This document shows, in pieces, positions 10,548 to 22,480 of a DNA stretch of 64,000 nucleotides. The position numbers were made by a program, and so were the translations under genes. The notes under the pieces are model-generated. The model was not told where the DNA came from and made no database searches. It worked only from the letters and a program-made list of their open reading frames with translations. The stretch is taken from assembly GCA_013239625.1 (NCBI GenBank), contig MU056000.1, positions 496,001 through 560,000 on the forward strand, given 5' to 3'. Position 1 is the first letter of the stretch, and each line of letters starts with the position of its first letter. Origin of the DNA: Lama guanicoe. Taxonomy: Eukaryota.

Positions 10548-12789
10548 GCACGCACGTGTGACACCGAGCGGAGCGCACCGGCCGGGACTAAAGCAGGATT
10601 GTTGTCCATGTTGGCCTGACTTCGAATTTTCCTTTCGTAAACGCTGGCCAAAGGCAGAGCTGGAACCCACTTCCGTGCTCCTAGTCATCCTGGGGCCGCT
10701 GACGCGTGTCCAGTACCACTAGGAAGGTGGCCAGGCTGGGCAGGGGCACCCCGAGCCGATGGCCCCTCCCCCTCCTTGGGCTTCCCGAGTCCTGGCCAGG
10801 GACCCTCAGAGTGGAAGGAGGCAGCAGCGTTGCCCACAGGTAGGCCCTGCTTCTGCAGGTTTTACAAAGCATTGACTGTGTGAGCGTGTGCTAAGCCCCT
10901 CCCAGGGCTGGGAGCATGAACTCTGGTCTTTTGTGGTTCAGCAGGAATCTCGCCATGTGAAAACAGAGTCAAAGTCACATGCCAAGACCGCTTCAGGAAC
11001 GCACAGGCTCTGAGCTGGCATGTGGGACACAGGCCTGGGGGCCCAGCTGGGAAGGCAGGGGCTCTGCTGAGGCTGAGAGAGAGGGCTTCACAGACTCTGA
11101 CCCCCAGCTGCCACCAGGCCACAGGGTGTGGACCTCAAAGGGCCTGTCCAGTCCCTTGTCTGCCTCCAAAGCAGGGCATCCACCCACCTCAACTGGACAC
11201 ACAGCGCGATGTGGGTGGTGGGTCATGGCGTCATCAGCTTAGTCCACGGCCAAGATGCTCCTCAAAGACTGGAGACCACAAGGTGATTCGAGTGGGGCCT
11301 GGGCAGCTGACAGCTGAGGCCGGAGCTGACGGGGGACGCGGCCCTTGGGGTAGGACGGGATGGGAGGTGCCTGGCCAGTAGGAACCCCAGCACGACCCCG
11401 GCCTCATGGGCGCCAGCTCCAGCCCCTGGGGACGAAAGGGCTTTCTTTCTGCAAATGCAGGCATGGTGGACCCGGCCCACCAGGAAGCAGGGAGCAGGTC
11501 ACCCAGCAGCGCTGCTGGCGGTGCCCCAGCCTCGCCCTCCCACGACGACCGCAAATGCCCAGTACTGGACGGGATCTTCCTCCGCAGTGGGTCACCCCAG
11601 AAATGCACCCGGCCATACTCAGGCAGCTCGTGGTCAATTGCAGTGGGAGGCGGGACAGACAGACGGACGAGCTTCAAGTCTGTTTTACTCTGTTCAGCTA
11701 GGGCTGCTCCTGCGAGGGAAGGGCCGCTCCCACCCCACAGGGAGGTCCAGCGGGAAGTGTGCTTGTGGTCACACAGCCAGGACAGCATGGACCTGGCCCT
11801 GAGGTCCCCAGCTCTCTGCATTTCATGACCTGGAATGCTCTCCGACAAGCCCCGGCTTCGCGGGAGCCCCAGACCCTCCCAGCTCTACAGTTTATGACCT
11901 TGAGGCCACCATAGTCACACACAATCTTCCCAAAAGTAGCAGGTTAGTCCCGAGGGACAGAGGCGGGGGACCCTGTCCAAACTCGAGGGGACTGGCCTCT
12001 GGAAAACGCTCGCCCCGGGCAACCCCTCCAGGGCGCCCAGGGAGTAAGACCCGGGGGCACTGGGCGAGGCAGCACCACGCGTAGCCCTGGTCCTTCGGAG
12101 GTGCAGACTGAATCCCAGAAGGTTCCACAGGGAAACGTGTGAGGAACTTGCAAATGACAGAGTCGGACAAGCCACAGACACACCGGGGAAGAAGGAGGAG
12201 AGGGAGCCACGGTCTCAGAATCGGCCGTTCCAGCCCTAGGAGACCCAGGGTGGACGGGGTGTTCCCCGAGGGCCCAGGTGTCTGTCCTGGAACCAGCTTC
12301 ACTCTGTGCACCCAATGGAATTCGCCCCAGTGCATGTGGGACACCAGAGGAGACACAGCATCTCCGTTCTCAGGGCAGGACGAGGCTGTCAGAGGTCACG
12401 AGGGCAGGGGCAGTGCACTCCACCCACTGGGACATGGGCTCGGCCTGCCCTGTGTGCGTGGGCACCCAGAGGGGCACACGGAGGAATGAGTGAAGGGATG
12501 AATGGATGTGTGATAGACCAGAGGGGGCTGCCATGCGCCCAGGGCAGGGGCCGCTCCCCCTTCCTGGGACCCAGGGCGGCTGCAGCTCCAGGTGCGCTGG
12601 GGCCTCTGGTCTGAGGGATCCCAGCTGCCCCTGAGGCCGCCGCCCGAGGAAACCTCTGTGGAACCGCTGGGGCCGACGGGGCTTCCAGCTGCTGAGCAGG
12701 ACGTCCACACTGCCTGCCTCCTCGTCCTTCAAACAGAACAGTTAGGTGACCAGTAACTTCGTTATTACACGTACAAGCCTGTAACAATA

Positions 12790-13661
12790 TTAAAAACCCG
12801 AAATGTGAAGAACTCACACAACTCACTCAAGAAAACACTACACAGCTGAAAAGTGGCGGAGGATTGGAAGAGGCATTTTCCTGAAGACGACGCACAGACA
12901 GCAAGAGGCGTGAGAAGATGCTCGATGCCACTGACTGTGAGGGAGACGCAGGTCAGCACCAGACGAGGCGTCGCCTTTCCCGCCAGGATGGCTGTTTCTA
13001 AAGAGACTGAGTTAGTGTTGGTGAGGACGTGGAGAAAAGGGAACTTCCCTACAGTGCAAACCGGTGCAGCCACTGTGGACAACAGCGTGGAGAGTCCTCA
13101 AAACCTTAAAAGTAGAGCTGCCGTATGCCCAGCCATTCCATCCCCGGGCGTGCGTCGGAAGAAAACGAAAACACTGACATAAAAAGGTCCACACACCCCA
13201 GTATTCACAGCAGGGTTACGTGACAGCGGCCAAGATACGGGCACAACCTAGGTGTCCGCCGACGGAAGTGCGTCCGCGCGCACAGCAGAATACCACTCGG
13301 CCATGGAAAGGAGCGGGGTCTGCGGCAGCGCGGGCGGGCCCAGAGGGCACCGTGCTCGGCGACAGAACTCAGACAGAGAGCAGGTGCCCTAAGATACCAT
13401 TTGTATATGGGATCTAAAAGAGGAAACAAGATATAACAAAGCAGAAACAGATTTACAGACAGAGAACAGGCCACAGGGGAGACACGTGGGGCACGGCCCG
13501 GAGCTACGACGAATTGGTGCAAGAGGGTGACTCACGGCTCGGGGAGTGTGGCCGCTGTCTCGTACCTTCCATGGAGGGTAATCTGAAAAGTGTCACATCG
13601 CTAAGTTGTGCATCTGAAGCCAATGCAACATTGTCCGTCAACTGCATTTCAGTGAAAAAGA
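12790..13661 (+). mobile_element. LINE-1 3' fragment (ORF2 C-terminus plus 3' UTR), decayed
   Basis: WAEDWKRHFPEDDAQTARGVRRCSMPLTVRETQ...RMAVSKE...PAIPSPG resembles the L1 ORF2 C-terminus; L1-type 3' UTR ends CAACTGCATTTCAGTGAAAAAG. Confidence 0.85.
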
Positions 13662-14499
13662 AACGTGAGATGAGAAATCAGTCCACTTCATAATTAAATT
13701 ACCTCAAGGTGTGTTTTTAATTAATTAACTAAAACAAAATTAAAGTGGGAGACCCCTCCACACCTGAAGGCTCAGACACAGTCTCCCGTACCCCCTTCTA
13801 ACTCACGCTGGCAGCCAGGGCCCTGGCGGAGCCCGGCCTGTCCTTACGTGAGGGCTGAGGGAGGAGCCCGGCCACTTTTCTCTCGTGATAACTACCTTCC
13901 CCACGACTTCGTGGAAGAGTCTGTCCCGGGTCACCCCCCCGTGACCCCCCGCCCCCGGGACTTGGTCTGTCCTTGCGCCGAAGCCGGCGGCCCCGCAGCC
14001 ACGGCCTGGCGGGCAGTCCCGGCGCTGACGGGGAGGGCTCCCGCCGGGGGCTTCCCCTCTGGCCCGTCTGTGCAGCTCGTGTGCCCTTGTCCCCGTGAGC
14101 TTGCAAGTCAGGTCGCCAGGCTCGGGGCAGAGCCCTCTGGAAGCTGGCGGGTCTCACTGCCCCCCAGACCCGCCGGGAGCTCCCCAGCCTGGCGACCTCC
14201 CCCGGAGCTCAGGCCTTGCTCACGTCTCAGCAAAGCTTGCAGCTTTCTCCTCAGGTCCCCTTTGTCTTCTGCTGGTTTTCACACCTCTAGCATGTCTGCT
14301 CCGGGGGACAGAAGTGCAGTTGGTCCTGCATGCTGGGTTTGCATCCAGCGCACTGGCTGCCCCTGGCTACGTCTGATGAGCGCGTGCAGGTCACTCTGAA
14401 GCTGCTACCCTCGGTCTTTTACTTCTTGTCTTACTTCTTTCTCATTTTCCCTAGTTTCTGTAATACCACTTGTGAAAAATCTGTTTTTCCTTCCAACCA

Positions 14500-14562
14500 T
14501 CTCTCTCTCCCTCTGTCTCTCTGACTCTCTGTCTCCCTCTGTCTGGCTGTGTGTGTCTGTCT
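14500..14562. repeat. (CT/GT)n low-complexity simple repeat
   Basis: ctctctctccctctgtctctctgactctctgtctccctctgtctggctgtgtgtgtctgtct. Confidence 0.7.
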
Positions 14563-16394
14563 CCCCCGTCTCGCTCCCTCACGAATGATGCGACCCACGC
14601 CGCTCTCAGGACGGTAGGAACCAGTGCTTTCGGGAGGCATCCTTATCGTTCCTGCTCTTAAGGGGAACACTTTCTGTTTAACCACTTAGTGTTACACTTG
14701 CTGAAGGCTTTTGGAAGACGCTTCACCAGCGAAGGAAATGCCTTTCTGTTCCTGGTCTACTGAGAGCTGTTGTGGACGACGATGGCGAGCTCGCAGATGT
14801 TACTCTGCAAGCCAAGCACGTGGCTGCTCTTCTTTACTTGTTGGCGTAGCTCTAGGAACTGGAATTTTGTCTGTCTGGGCACTGCAGCACGCCCACTGCC
14901 TAGAGCAGGAGCCAGTGACAAAGCACCTCAGCCTCCCCGTCTGGAAAATGGGTCCATCTCAGGCACCTAGGACCGGAAATCTGGCTTCTGGGGCAGACTG
15001 TGGCCACGTCACGGCAGCACCGGCTGGGCCCAGGGCTTGGGCCAGTGGCCGGCGGGAGCCGTCGGCGGCTGTCAGACAGGACGGTCATCCAGCTCCGCCC
15101 ACTCTCCTGGCTCAGGCCACAGCCCAGGGCGTGGGGGCCTATCACTTCAGCTCCTCTGGGGTCTCAAACTGGAGAGGTGGCCTTCGGAGGACTGCTCCAG
15201 CACGAAGGGGCCACGGGGTCCTTGGACTTGCCTATGAAGCCCCTGGTCCTGGGGGTCAACTCCACCGCATCCCAGGGCAGCCAGATGAGGAGGACTCAGG
15301 CGCTGGGGCTCCCGGAGGGACTAGCACGCAGAGGGGGCAAGGCAGAGAGGCCCCTTGGATTTGTCTGGGGCCCAGTGAGCAAACGTGGCCACTCGCAGCT
15401 CCCCCAGCCCGTGAGCGCCAGCAAGCCCTGCCACCCCCGTTCTGACACTCTGGTCACAGCTGCTGCATGGGGCTCCCCCTGCCCAGTCTCCTGGGCCGGG
15501 CAGCCAGCACCCGCGTGCGTGCGTGGTGGCACAAGTGGCCTGCCCGGAGCTTCGTGACAGGGACGGGCTCTCCATGCTGTCATTTTGTGGTTTGTCGACC
15601 ATGCACCTGCCCACCTCTCAGTGTCAGTGCCCTGAGAGGCCGACCTCACGAGCACCTGGGCCGTGTGGCCTCTGTCTGTCTTCTCTTCCCTGGGCCCTGC
15701 ACACCCCTCTGCCCCAAAGCCCATGTTCGAGGCGCCTCCAAGACGCCTCTAAGCACGAAAATGGGTCAGTGTGCCTGCGATCTCATCTCAAACCCAGCAA
15801 TGTGTTCTCCGCCAGCTTTACAATAAAACGCCATCCCTGCTGCTCTGAGAATGGCCATTAGGCAGGGGTTTTCCTTTCTCCATCGCTTTTACCCAGTCCT
15901 CCCCGACGGCGACTCAGAGTCTCTGCTGAAACCGGAGAGGGGACATGGGTGGCAGAGCTCACTGCAACGGAAATCTCAGCCACGCCCACGGTGGCTGAGG
16001 GGCGAGTCTGGTGACGTGTGGAGACGTGCTGCTGCTCTCTGGGATGGGGCCCAGCTGACGTGCCGTCAGCACCTGGGGCCCCGGGGTCCGGGTGACCTGC
16101 CGCGCGGCCAGAGCCAGAAGCCACTCACAGCAGGTCCCTGCCTCACTCCTTTCTCCAGGGAAAGCAGGTTAAGCTCGGGCGAGGACAGAACATGTGCAGG
16201 ACTTGGGGAAGTTTCACCACAAATGTCAGCTCGCTGTGGTTCTTTGTCACAATGTGTAATCACCGCCAGCTGTCAAAATTGTCAAAAACGTGTCAATCCA
16301 GTTACAGTTACGGGATGGCTCCAAACAAGGAGAGGAGAGCTTCCATGTTTCCAGGGGTGAAGGTACAACAGGAGTTTCAGGGGCACAAAAATAT

Positions 16395-16930
16395 TGTTGC
16401 TAAACCAAACTTGGGCTCTCCTGCCCACGTTTATTGCAGGCGCCAAACAAGGAGTCTGGGTGCCGAATGCGTAAAAGACCCGAACACCCCACGGCTCTCA
16501 GGGGAGGGTTTTAAAGACGGGGGGAGGGGCTGCGGGGGGCGTGGTCAGCTCGTGGACGCTGTTCTGAGTGGTCGGTGGGAGGTCACCGGGCGTCAGCATC
16601 ATCCACCTTCTGGCTCCAGCTGATCTGGGTCCACGTGTGGGGGGCAGCACGCAGTCAGCCTCTTCCCCCTGGCGGGGCCTCAGTGTCTGCAGAGCAGCTC
16701 AAAGGACGAGGCTCAGAGCATTACCCACCGCCCTCGAGGAGCAACTAAAGGTCCTTGACTTTGTTTCACGGCTGAACTATGACTAGTTTGTCTTGCTTGA
16801 CTGTTTTCTTTCTGCATTTTCTCACTTCACTGATTACATTTGCTCTTTGGATCTTGGGGAAGCCTGGGAGGCTGAAGCTTTTCTGCAGACAAGAGGGCGG
16901 ACACGGCGGGGCCCTACTTGGTCTCACTGT
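16395..16930 (-). mobile_element. Solo ERV1-class LTR (MER41/MER34-like; family uncertain)
   Basis: TGTTGCTAAACCAAACTTGGG...TTTATTGCAGG...AAAAGACCCGAAC...GGGTTTTAAAG...GTCCTTGACTTTGTTT resembles recalled ERV1 LTRs read in reverse. Confidence 0.6.
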
Positions 16931-17599
16931 GAGGTTGCAGACAAACTGCAGACCCTTTTCAATTCTTTTTCAAAGAGGTTGACGTGAAAGCCGACTGGAG
17001 CCCCTGGCCCTGGGGGCAGGAACGCCGCCGGGAGGGGGGACGCGGTGACCTGACTGCTTGTGAGCTGTCGCGGCAGAGCCACGTCAGACTCTACGCTCAC
17101 TTCAGCGTTCTCTCCTCATAAACAAGATCCACGGCAAACGCGGGGAACGTATGTTAGTAACAACAGTCGCTGAGCGCTGTGCACGCAGGAACTGTCTTCC
17201 AGTCAGCCCACGTGCGTCAGAACAGCCCGGCCCTCAGCACTGTGAGGGGCGCCGCCTCCTTCCCGTTTACAGGCCTGGACACAGCACCCTCGGGGGCGCC
17301 CGCCGGGACGGGCACATCCAGGCAGCTCGTTCCGGATGAGGGGCTCCCTGCGTTCAGGGCCCCAGACGTGGAGAGCAGGAGTTACCCCACGGCAGGACGG
17401 GAGAAGTTCCAGGTGCCAGGGAGCCGAGGCCGCCGTCTGCTGCTGGCAGATCCAGTCCTGGGGGACAAGGGGGCCCGTGGGGCTTCCTCCTTCCAGAAGC
17501 ACCGAAATTCAGAACCTGTCAGCAGTGGTTTCCTCTGGGCGTGGAGTGAAGGCGAGGTGCGGGCTGTCACTTTGCAGCTTTCTTTGAGCGCGGGCACCA

Positions 17600-18615
17600 T
17601 ACTTTTTGTAACTTGTTACTTTGAAAATAATTTTGGAATAGAGAGAAGTTGAGAAACAGTACAGAGAGTTCCCGTGTCCCCTGTGCCCAGCGTCCCTCAG
17701 GCCAGCATCTGGCGTAGCCTCGCCGCCATGCTGGGGCGGGGGCGGGAGCCGACGCGGGTGGAGCACAGTCAACCACACTGTGTCGGGTGCCAGCCTCCAC
17801 GCGTGCCCCTCCCTGCCCCAGGTCCTGAAGAGGGCCCCGCTGGACTTCCGGGCCTGCTCTTGGTTTCCTCGCGACCATGATGACACCCACGAAGGTCAGG
17901 GGTTCGCCAGACGGCGCTCACCTTGAGCGACTATTACGCATCTCGACTCGACTGCGGTCACGTATCTTTGCAGGAAAACAACAGGAGCGCGGAGCCCCCA
18001 GTGCCACGTCGGGGCACAGGTGCCAGTGTGCTCTGACCTGGTGGCCCCGGGGAGGTGCGGTCTGCCAGGTTCCTCCGCTGAAGTGTCCCTCTTTCCTTTG
18101 TAGTCAATAAAGATCTTGGAGAGAAACTTTGAAACTGTGCAAGTATCCATTTCTCCTCAAAACGTTCAGCCTGCCTTGGTGGGTCTTTCTGCGACGACCA
18201 GCCCTGCAGTGCTGCACGGTGATTTTCTGTTTCCCCCACTCCTTCCGCATTTAAGACCAGGAGTCTCTCTGGAAGGAAGGGCCGTCCCTCTCCCTCGTTC
18301 ACTGACACCAGTAAGGGCCACGGACGCTCACCGTCAGCCTCGGGTCCCGCCCCTGCACAGCCGGAGCGCGCCTGGCGGCTCAGACGCCCAGCTCTGGCGG
18401 GCAGGCTCGACCAGCTTGGCTCCTGTGACGTTCGACACACCCCGTCTCTTTCTAAGCACTGTCCTGCTTTCTGGCACAAAAGGATGCCCTGGGCTCATCC
18501 CACATTCTCCCCCAGCCCTGGAATCAGCCACTTCTCCAAGGAGCCCTGGTGCCTTTCACTGAACAGTGGTGTCAGAGGCCAGCATCTGGGCACTAGGTGT
18601 GCTCGTTGCTGTGGG
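17600..18615 (-). mobile_element. Old L1 (L1MC/L1MD-like) 3' region, antisense
   Basis: GTACAGAGAGTTCCCGTGTCCCC at ~17660 and CAGCCCTGGAATCAGCCACTTCTCCAAGGAGCCCTGG...TCTGGGCACTAGGTGTGCTC at ~18515-18605 are typical of these elements. Confidence 0.7.
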
Positions 18616-19984
18616 CGCCATTGAGCAGAGAAATGTTAAACAGCGAGCCAGCCTGTAATTAGTACTAAGTAAGTGTTTATTGAATAAACGAAAGAACGAA
18701 TGAAGGAATTGATTCATCAAAATAGCGAAAAGATGTTTCTTTCTTATAAGAAATAATTTAAATGTAAATAAGCATGTGTTTTACTTGCATTGCTTTTCCT
18801 TCTCATCTCCCTCCTCCTTGCGTTTGGAGAAAGAATTCATGCAGATGTTTTGACTAAATAAATCTGTAGCCCCTTCTCAGCTCCTTTCCAGCTCAGAAAC
18901 GGCACCTCTCACTGTCCACAGGGATCCCTGGGGTCTTAGCAACATAAACGAACTTCTCAGCCGAAGCAGAGTGATCCCGATGGTGCTTCTTCTCCTAAAA
19001 GCAAATGCTTGCACGCTGCCAAGCAAAGGCAGGGAAGTGCGGACACAGCGTGGCCACGAGGCAGGGGCGCCAGCCCCGCTGGGCTCTCTGGAGTGGGGAT
19101 TGTTCCAGGAGCGCTGGGTGCCCTGCACACCATCAGTGTCTTAGCTGGGGACACCTGCTCCTCCTTCTCGACCTGCATTTACGCTGGATTTCCTTTCCTT
19201 TGGTAAGTAGTTTATTCTAGGCGTATTTCCTTGCATCCACAGCAATTACCCAAATCTTTCCGTCGCAGCTTTGCTCCGGGCAAGATCAGCTGCCTGTGGC
19301 CAGCATCGCCCTGCCCCCGCCGCGGCCAGACTTGACTCTGGGTGGGAGCGCTTGTCACACCACTGCCTGGCTTCCCGTTTCCATCGACCGTGGGTGCCGT
19401 GGGGGCTGGGGCCTCAGCCTCTGCCTGTGGGCGAGCGGCCGGGAGGCGTTGGAGAGTGAGGGGCACCCGCCACAAGCACACGGAATGCTGAGCGAAACGA
19501 AGTAAAAGCAGAATGAAGGCCTTAGGTGAGAAGCTGGGCTTACGAGAAGCGTTGCACTCAGAGAGCACCTGCCTCCCCACGAAGCCGGCAGGCGCAGTCA
19601 GCGTAGTCCAGGCCGCGCATTACACCACTTCTGTGGGCCGGGAACCACCCGGGTACAGAGACAGACAAGCAAGAGGGCCGCAGGCGGAAATGGCCGAGGT
19701 CGCCGCCAGGGGTAGGTGTCCCGGTGTTCTGATCCCCCCGCCCCGGGCCAGCCCGCCGGGCTCCCATGTCGCAGTCGCTTGCCCTTCACCCCGAGGACGG
19801 ACGCTCCGGAGACATGGCCGCAAGGGAGGGGGGCAGACCTTGGAATCCACCTGCATTGACTGTTTAAAATGATTAATTATCAAGGAGAGGATTAAAGCCA
19901 AAAGAAAATATAAAGAAGGAAGAACCAGCACGAAATATGAAAAATAAACAGGAAGAGTTTTTAAAAGAACAAAATAAAACTTTG

Positions 19985-20290
19985 ATCAGTTCAACTGCTA
20001 CAACAAAAATGCCACAGCCCAGAGCATCACGGGCAGACGTGGTCCTCACAGTCCCGGAGGCCAGGGTCTGGGATCAGCAGGGCCGTCCTGGGAGGACGCT
20101 GCTGGCCGGAGCCGGCCATGTTCTCTCAGAAAGGGCGTCGGAGCTCCGTGGGGCCCTGTCGTCAGCCCACCCGCCAGGGGGACCCCGCCCTCACGACCTC
20201 ATCCCCTCCCAGAGGCGCCGCCTCCTCCACATGGCGCCAGGGTCAGGGGCTCAGCACGTTGCTTGGGGGACACAAAATTCAGTGCATAAT
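19985..20290 (-). mobile_element. MaLR LTR (MLT1A-like), antisense
   Basis: CTGCTACAACAAAAATGCCACAG...CTCACAGTCCCGGAGGC...CCCTCACGACCTCATCCCCTCCCAGAGG...GGGGGACACAAAATTCAGTGCATA. Confidence 0.7.
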
Positions 20291-20929
20291 GAACTTCCAA
20301 GACCAAAGCATGTTGTTATTTGAAATTAAACCACAAAGAAAGGGACCAGCAACAGAGCCATTGCAACAGAAAGTGACGCTTTGGAGAAATAAGCCACAAT
20401 GTTTGTTCAGAGAGAAAAGAGGCGGAGAGAGTGGACGAGAGGGTAAGACACATGGACGAGAGGGTGAAAGGTCCAGCTGGTTGTTCACGGGAGTTAGAGG
20501 AACAGAAAAGAAGCACCTTACGACTGTCAAGAAAGGGCAAGAGAAACAGAACCACCCAAAGAGACGCCGCGTCTTGCAGTGAGGATGCAAGACACGGGCG
20601 GTGAGAGCAGCTTCAGAGCGTTCTGAGAAACGGCGTGTTTCCTCCAGGCAGCGCAGCGACAGAGGGAGGCCCCCGGGGGCGGCAGCACCCGCGTGCACGT
20701 GCGCACGCGGGCACGGGCGCGGGGGACCTGAGGTCCGCGTGCAGCGGTGGGGCGGGGGGCCAGACGTGCCCCCCGTCTCCAACGTGGTGATGGTTTCACA
20801 GCAACGTCTGTGGGTCGAAGCTCGCCGTGTTACACGCTTGAAATATAATCACTTTTTGTATTTTTGGAGATCAATTATTTCTCCCTAAAGTTGTAAAAAC
20901 ATTTTTTTAAGACAAGTCTTAACAGGCAG

Positions 20930-22480
20930 GTTTAAAAGCAGGTCAGACCGAGGAGCAGAGAGGATGGGGAGGCTTGACAGGGAGGTGTAGAAACACCTGC
21001 ACTGAAGACCAGAGAGAAAGCGGCGAACACGCGAGCTCCAGCACGTGTGAGAGGCGACAGTGGCGGGATGGAAGTGGCTAGCACCGTGTGCACTGCAGCC
21101 CCAGCCGTGGAGTCGCGGCGCACGGCCACTCCAGCACCAAGGTGAGCGCCCAGGAACCCAGCAGTGCCAGGTCACAGGAGAATCGCTGGAAACCAGGGGC
21201 AAAGGGGCATTTTAAAAGCCAGAGGGAAAGCAGAAATACACTCCACAAGGAGCAATAAAGTAACAGACTCAGGAAAGGGCCCTGACATCTTCGTGCCCTG
21301 AGAGAAAGAGAGCACGTGCTCTTACGCCCACAGCGCAGCCTTCACAGCGCAGGTGGGACGGGCCGCTCCAGAATGAGGACCAGGCGGCTGTGGCCAGGGA
21401 CTGGCCGGACGGAGACACCGGCGGGGTCACCCCGGTGGGAGGTGTGTCCCGGGTGGAGGCACGAGGGTACGGGTGATGTGGAGGCACGAGGGTGCGGGTG
21501 ATGTGAAGACAGCGGAGAGGGCGACCCACCCCAGCACATCCGAACGGGTGTCGTGAGGACTCAGAGCTGCAGGCTCACAGCACCTCCCGTGGGGGGCCGT
21601 GTCCTGGGCTCTGATGGTCACCCTACCTGGTGACGTCGAAGTTAACAACCAAAGGTCCCCGTGGCGGGTCCACAGTCACCACGGGGACCTTAGCACACGC
21701 TTATTAGCAAATGTAATCAACTGCCAGAAGACAAAGATTCGCAAAACATACTTACGTGATTGACAAATCAGGGAATTCAATGCATGAAACAAAATTTCAA
21801 GAGTACGCAGGCCATTTAAAGCATTGACCACAAGCTGGTGTGAAGCGAGTCTCCCGGAGCTTGGACGACTGAGGGCCTCGAGTGCATCTTCTAGCCGCGG
21901 TGGAGAACAGAACAGGATGTCAGAAGCCCTCAAGTGTTTGGAATTAAGCAACCCCCTTTCGGATAATCCGCGGGTCAAAATGAATCACAGTGGAGATCAG
22001 ATCATATTTGAACTGAATGGTGAAAACACACAAACGTGAACTGCGGCACGCAGTGATTTTACAGCCTTAAATGAACGTTTGGGGGGAAAAGAATTTAAGG
22101 ACGATGGCCCGATGGCCCACTCTGTGGAATTAAAGAAGACGGAAGGAAGGAAAAGCCAGCGAAAGGAGCGGGCAGGGCAGGGCAGGCGCTCACGGAGGGC
22201 AGACGCACAGTAAGGTGTTGCTTTCAAAAAGGTGGCTCTGTGAAAAGACCTGCAGCGCTGATGAAGCCCCACAGCAGGGGTGGACAGGAGAGCAGGCCTC
22301 GAGGGCGCGCCGCTGCCGCCGGCGGGCGGCAGAGGCTGTGAGAGATCACTTGCGGACATTTCTGCCGCTGCATTTGAAAACACAGAGGACATGGACGAGT
22401 TCCCAGATAAACACGATTTTCCGAAACTGACTCAGGAGAAGGAGAAATTTGAATCCCTCGATGAAGTCGATCTGTAATTA
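20930..22480 (+). mobile_element. Old L1 fragments (ORF1 C-half, then ORF2 after the endonuclease domain)
   Basis: ORF1-like block ~21130-21270; LELSNPLSDNPRVK...FELNGENT and FENTEDMDEFPDKHDFPKLTQEKEKF resemble L1 ORF2. Confidence 0.75.
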
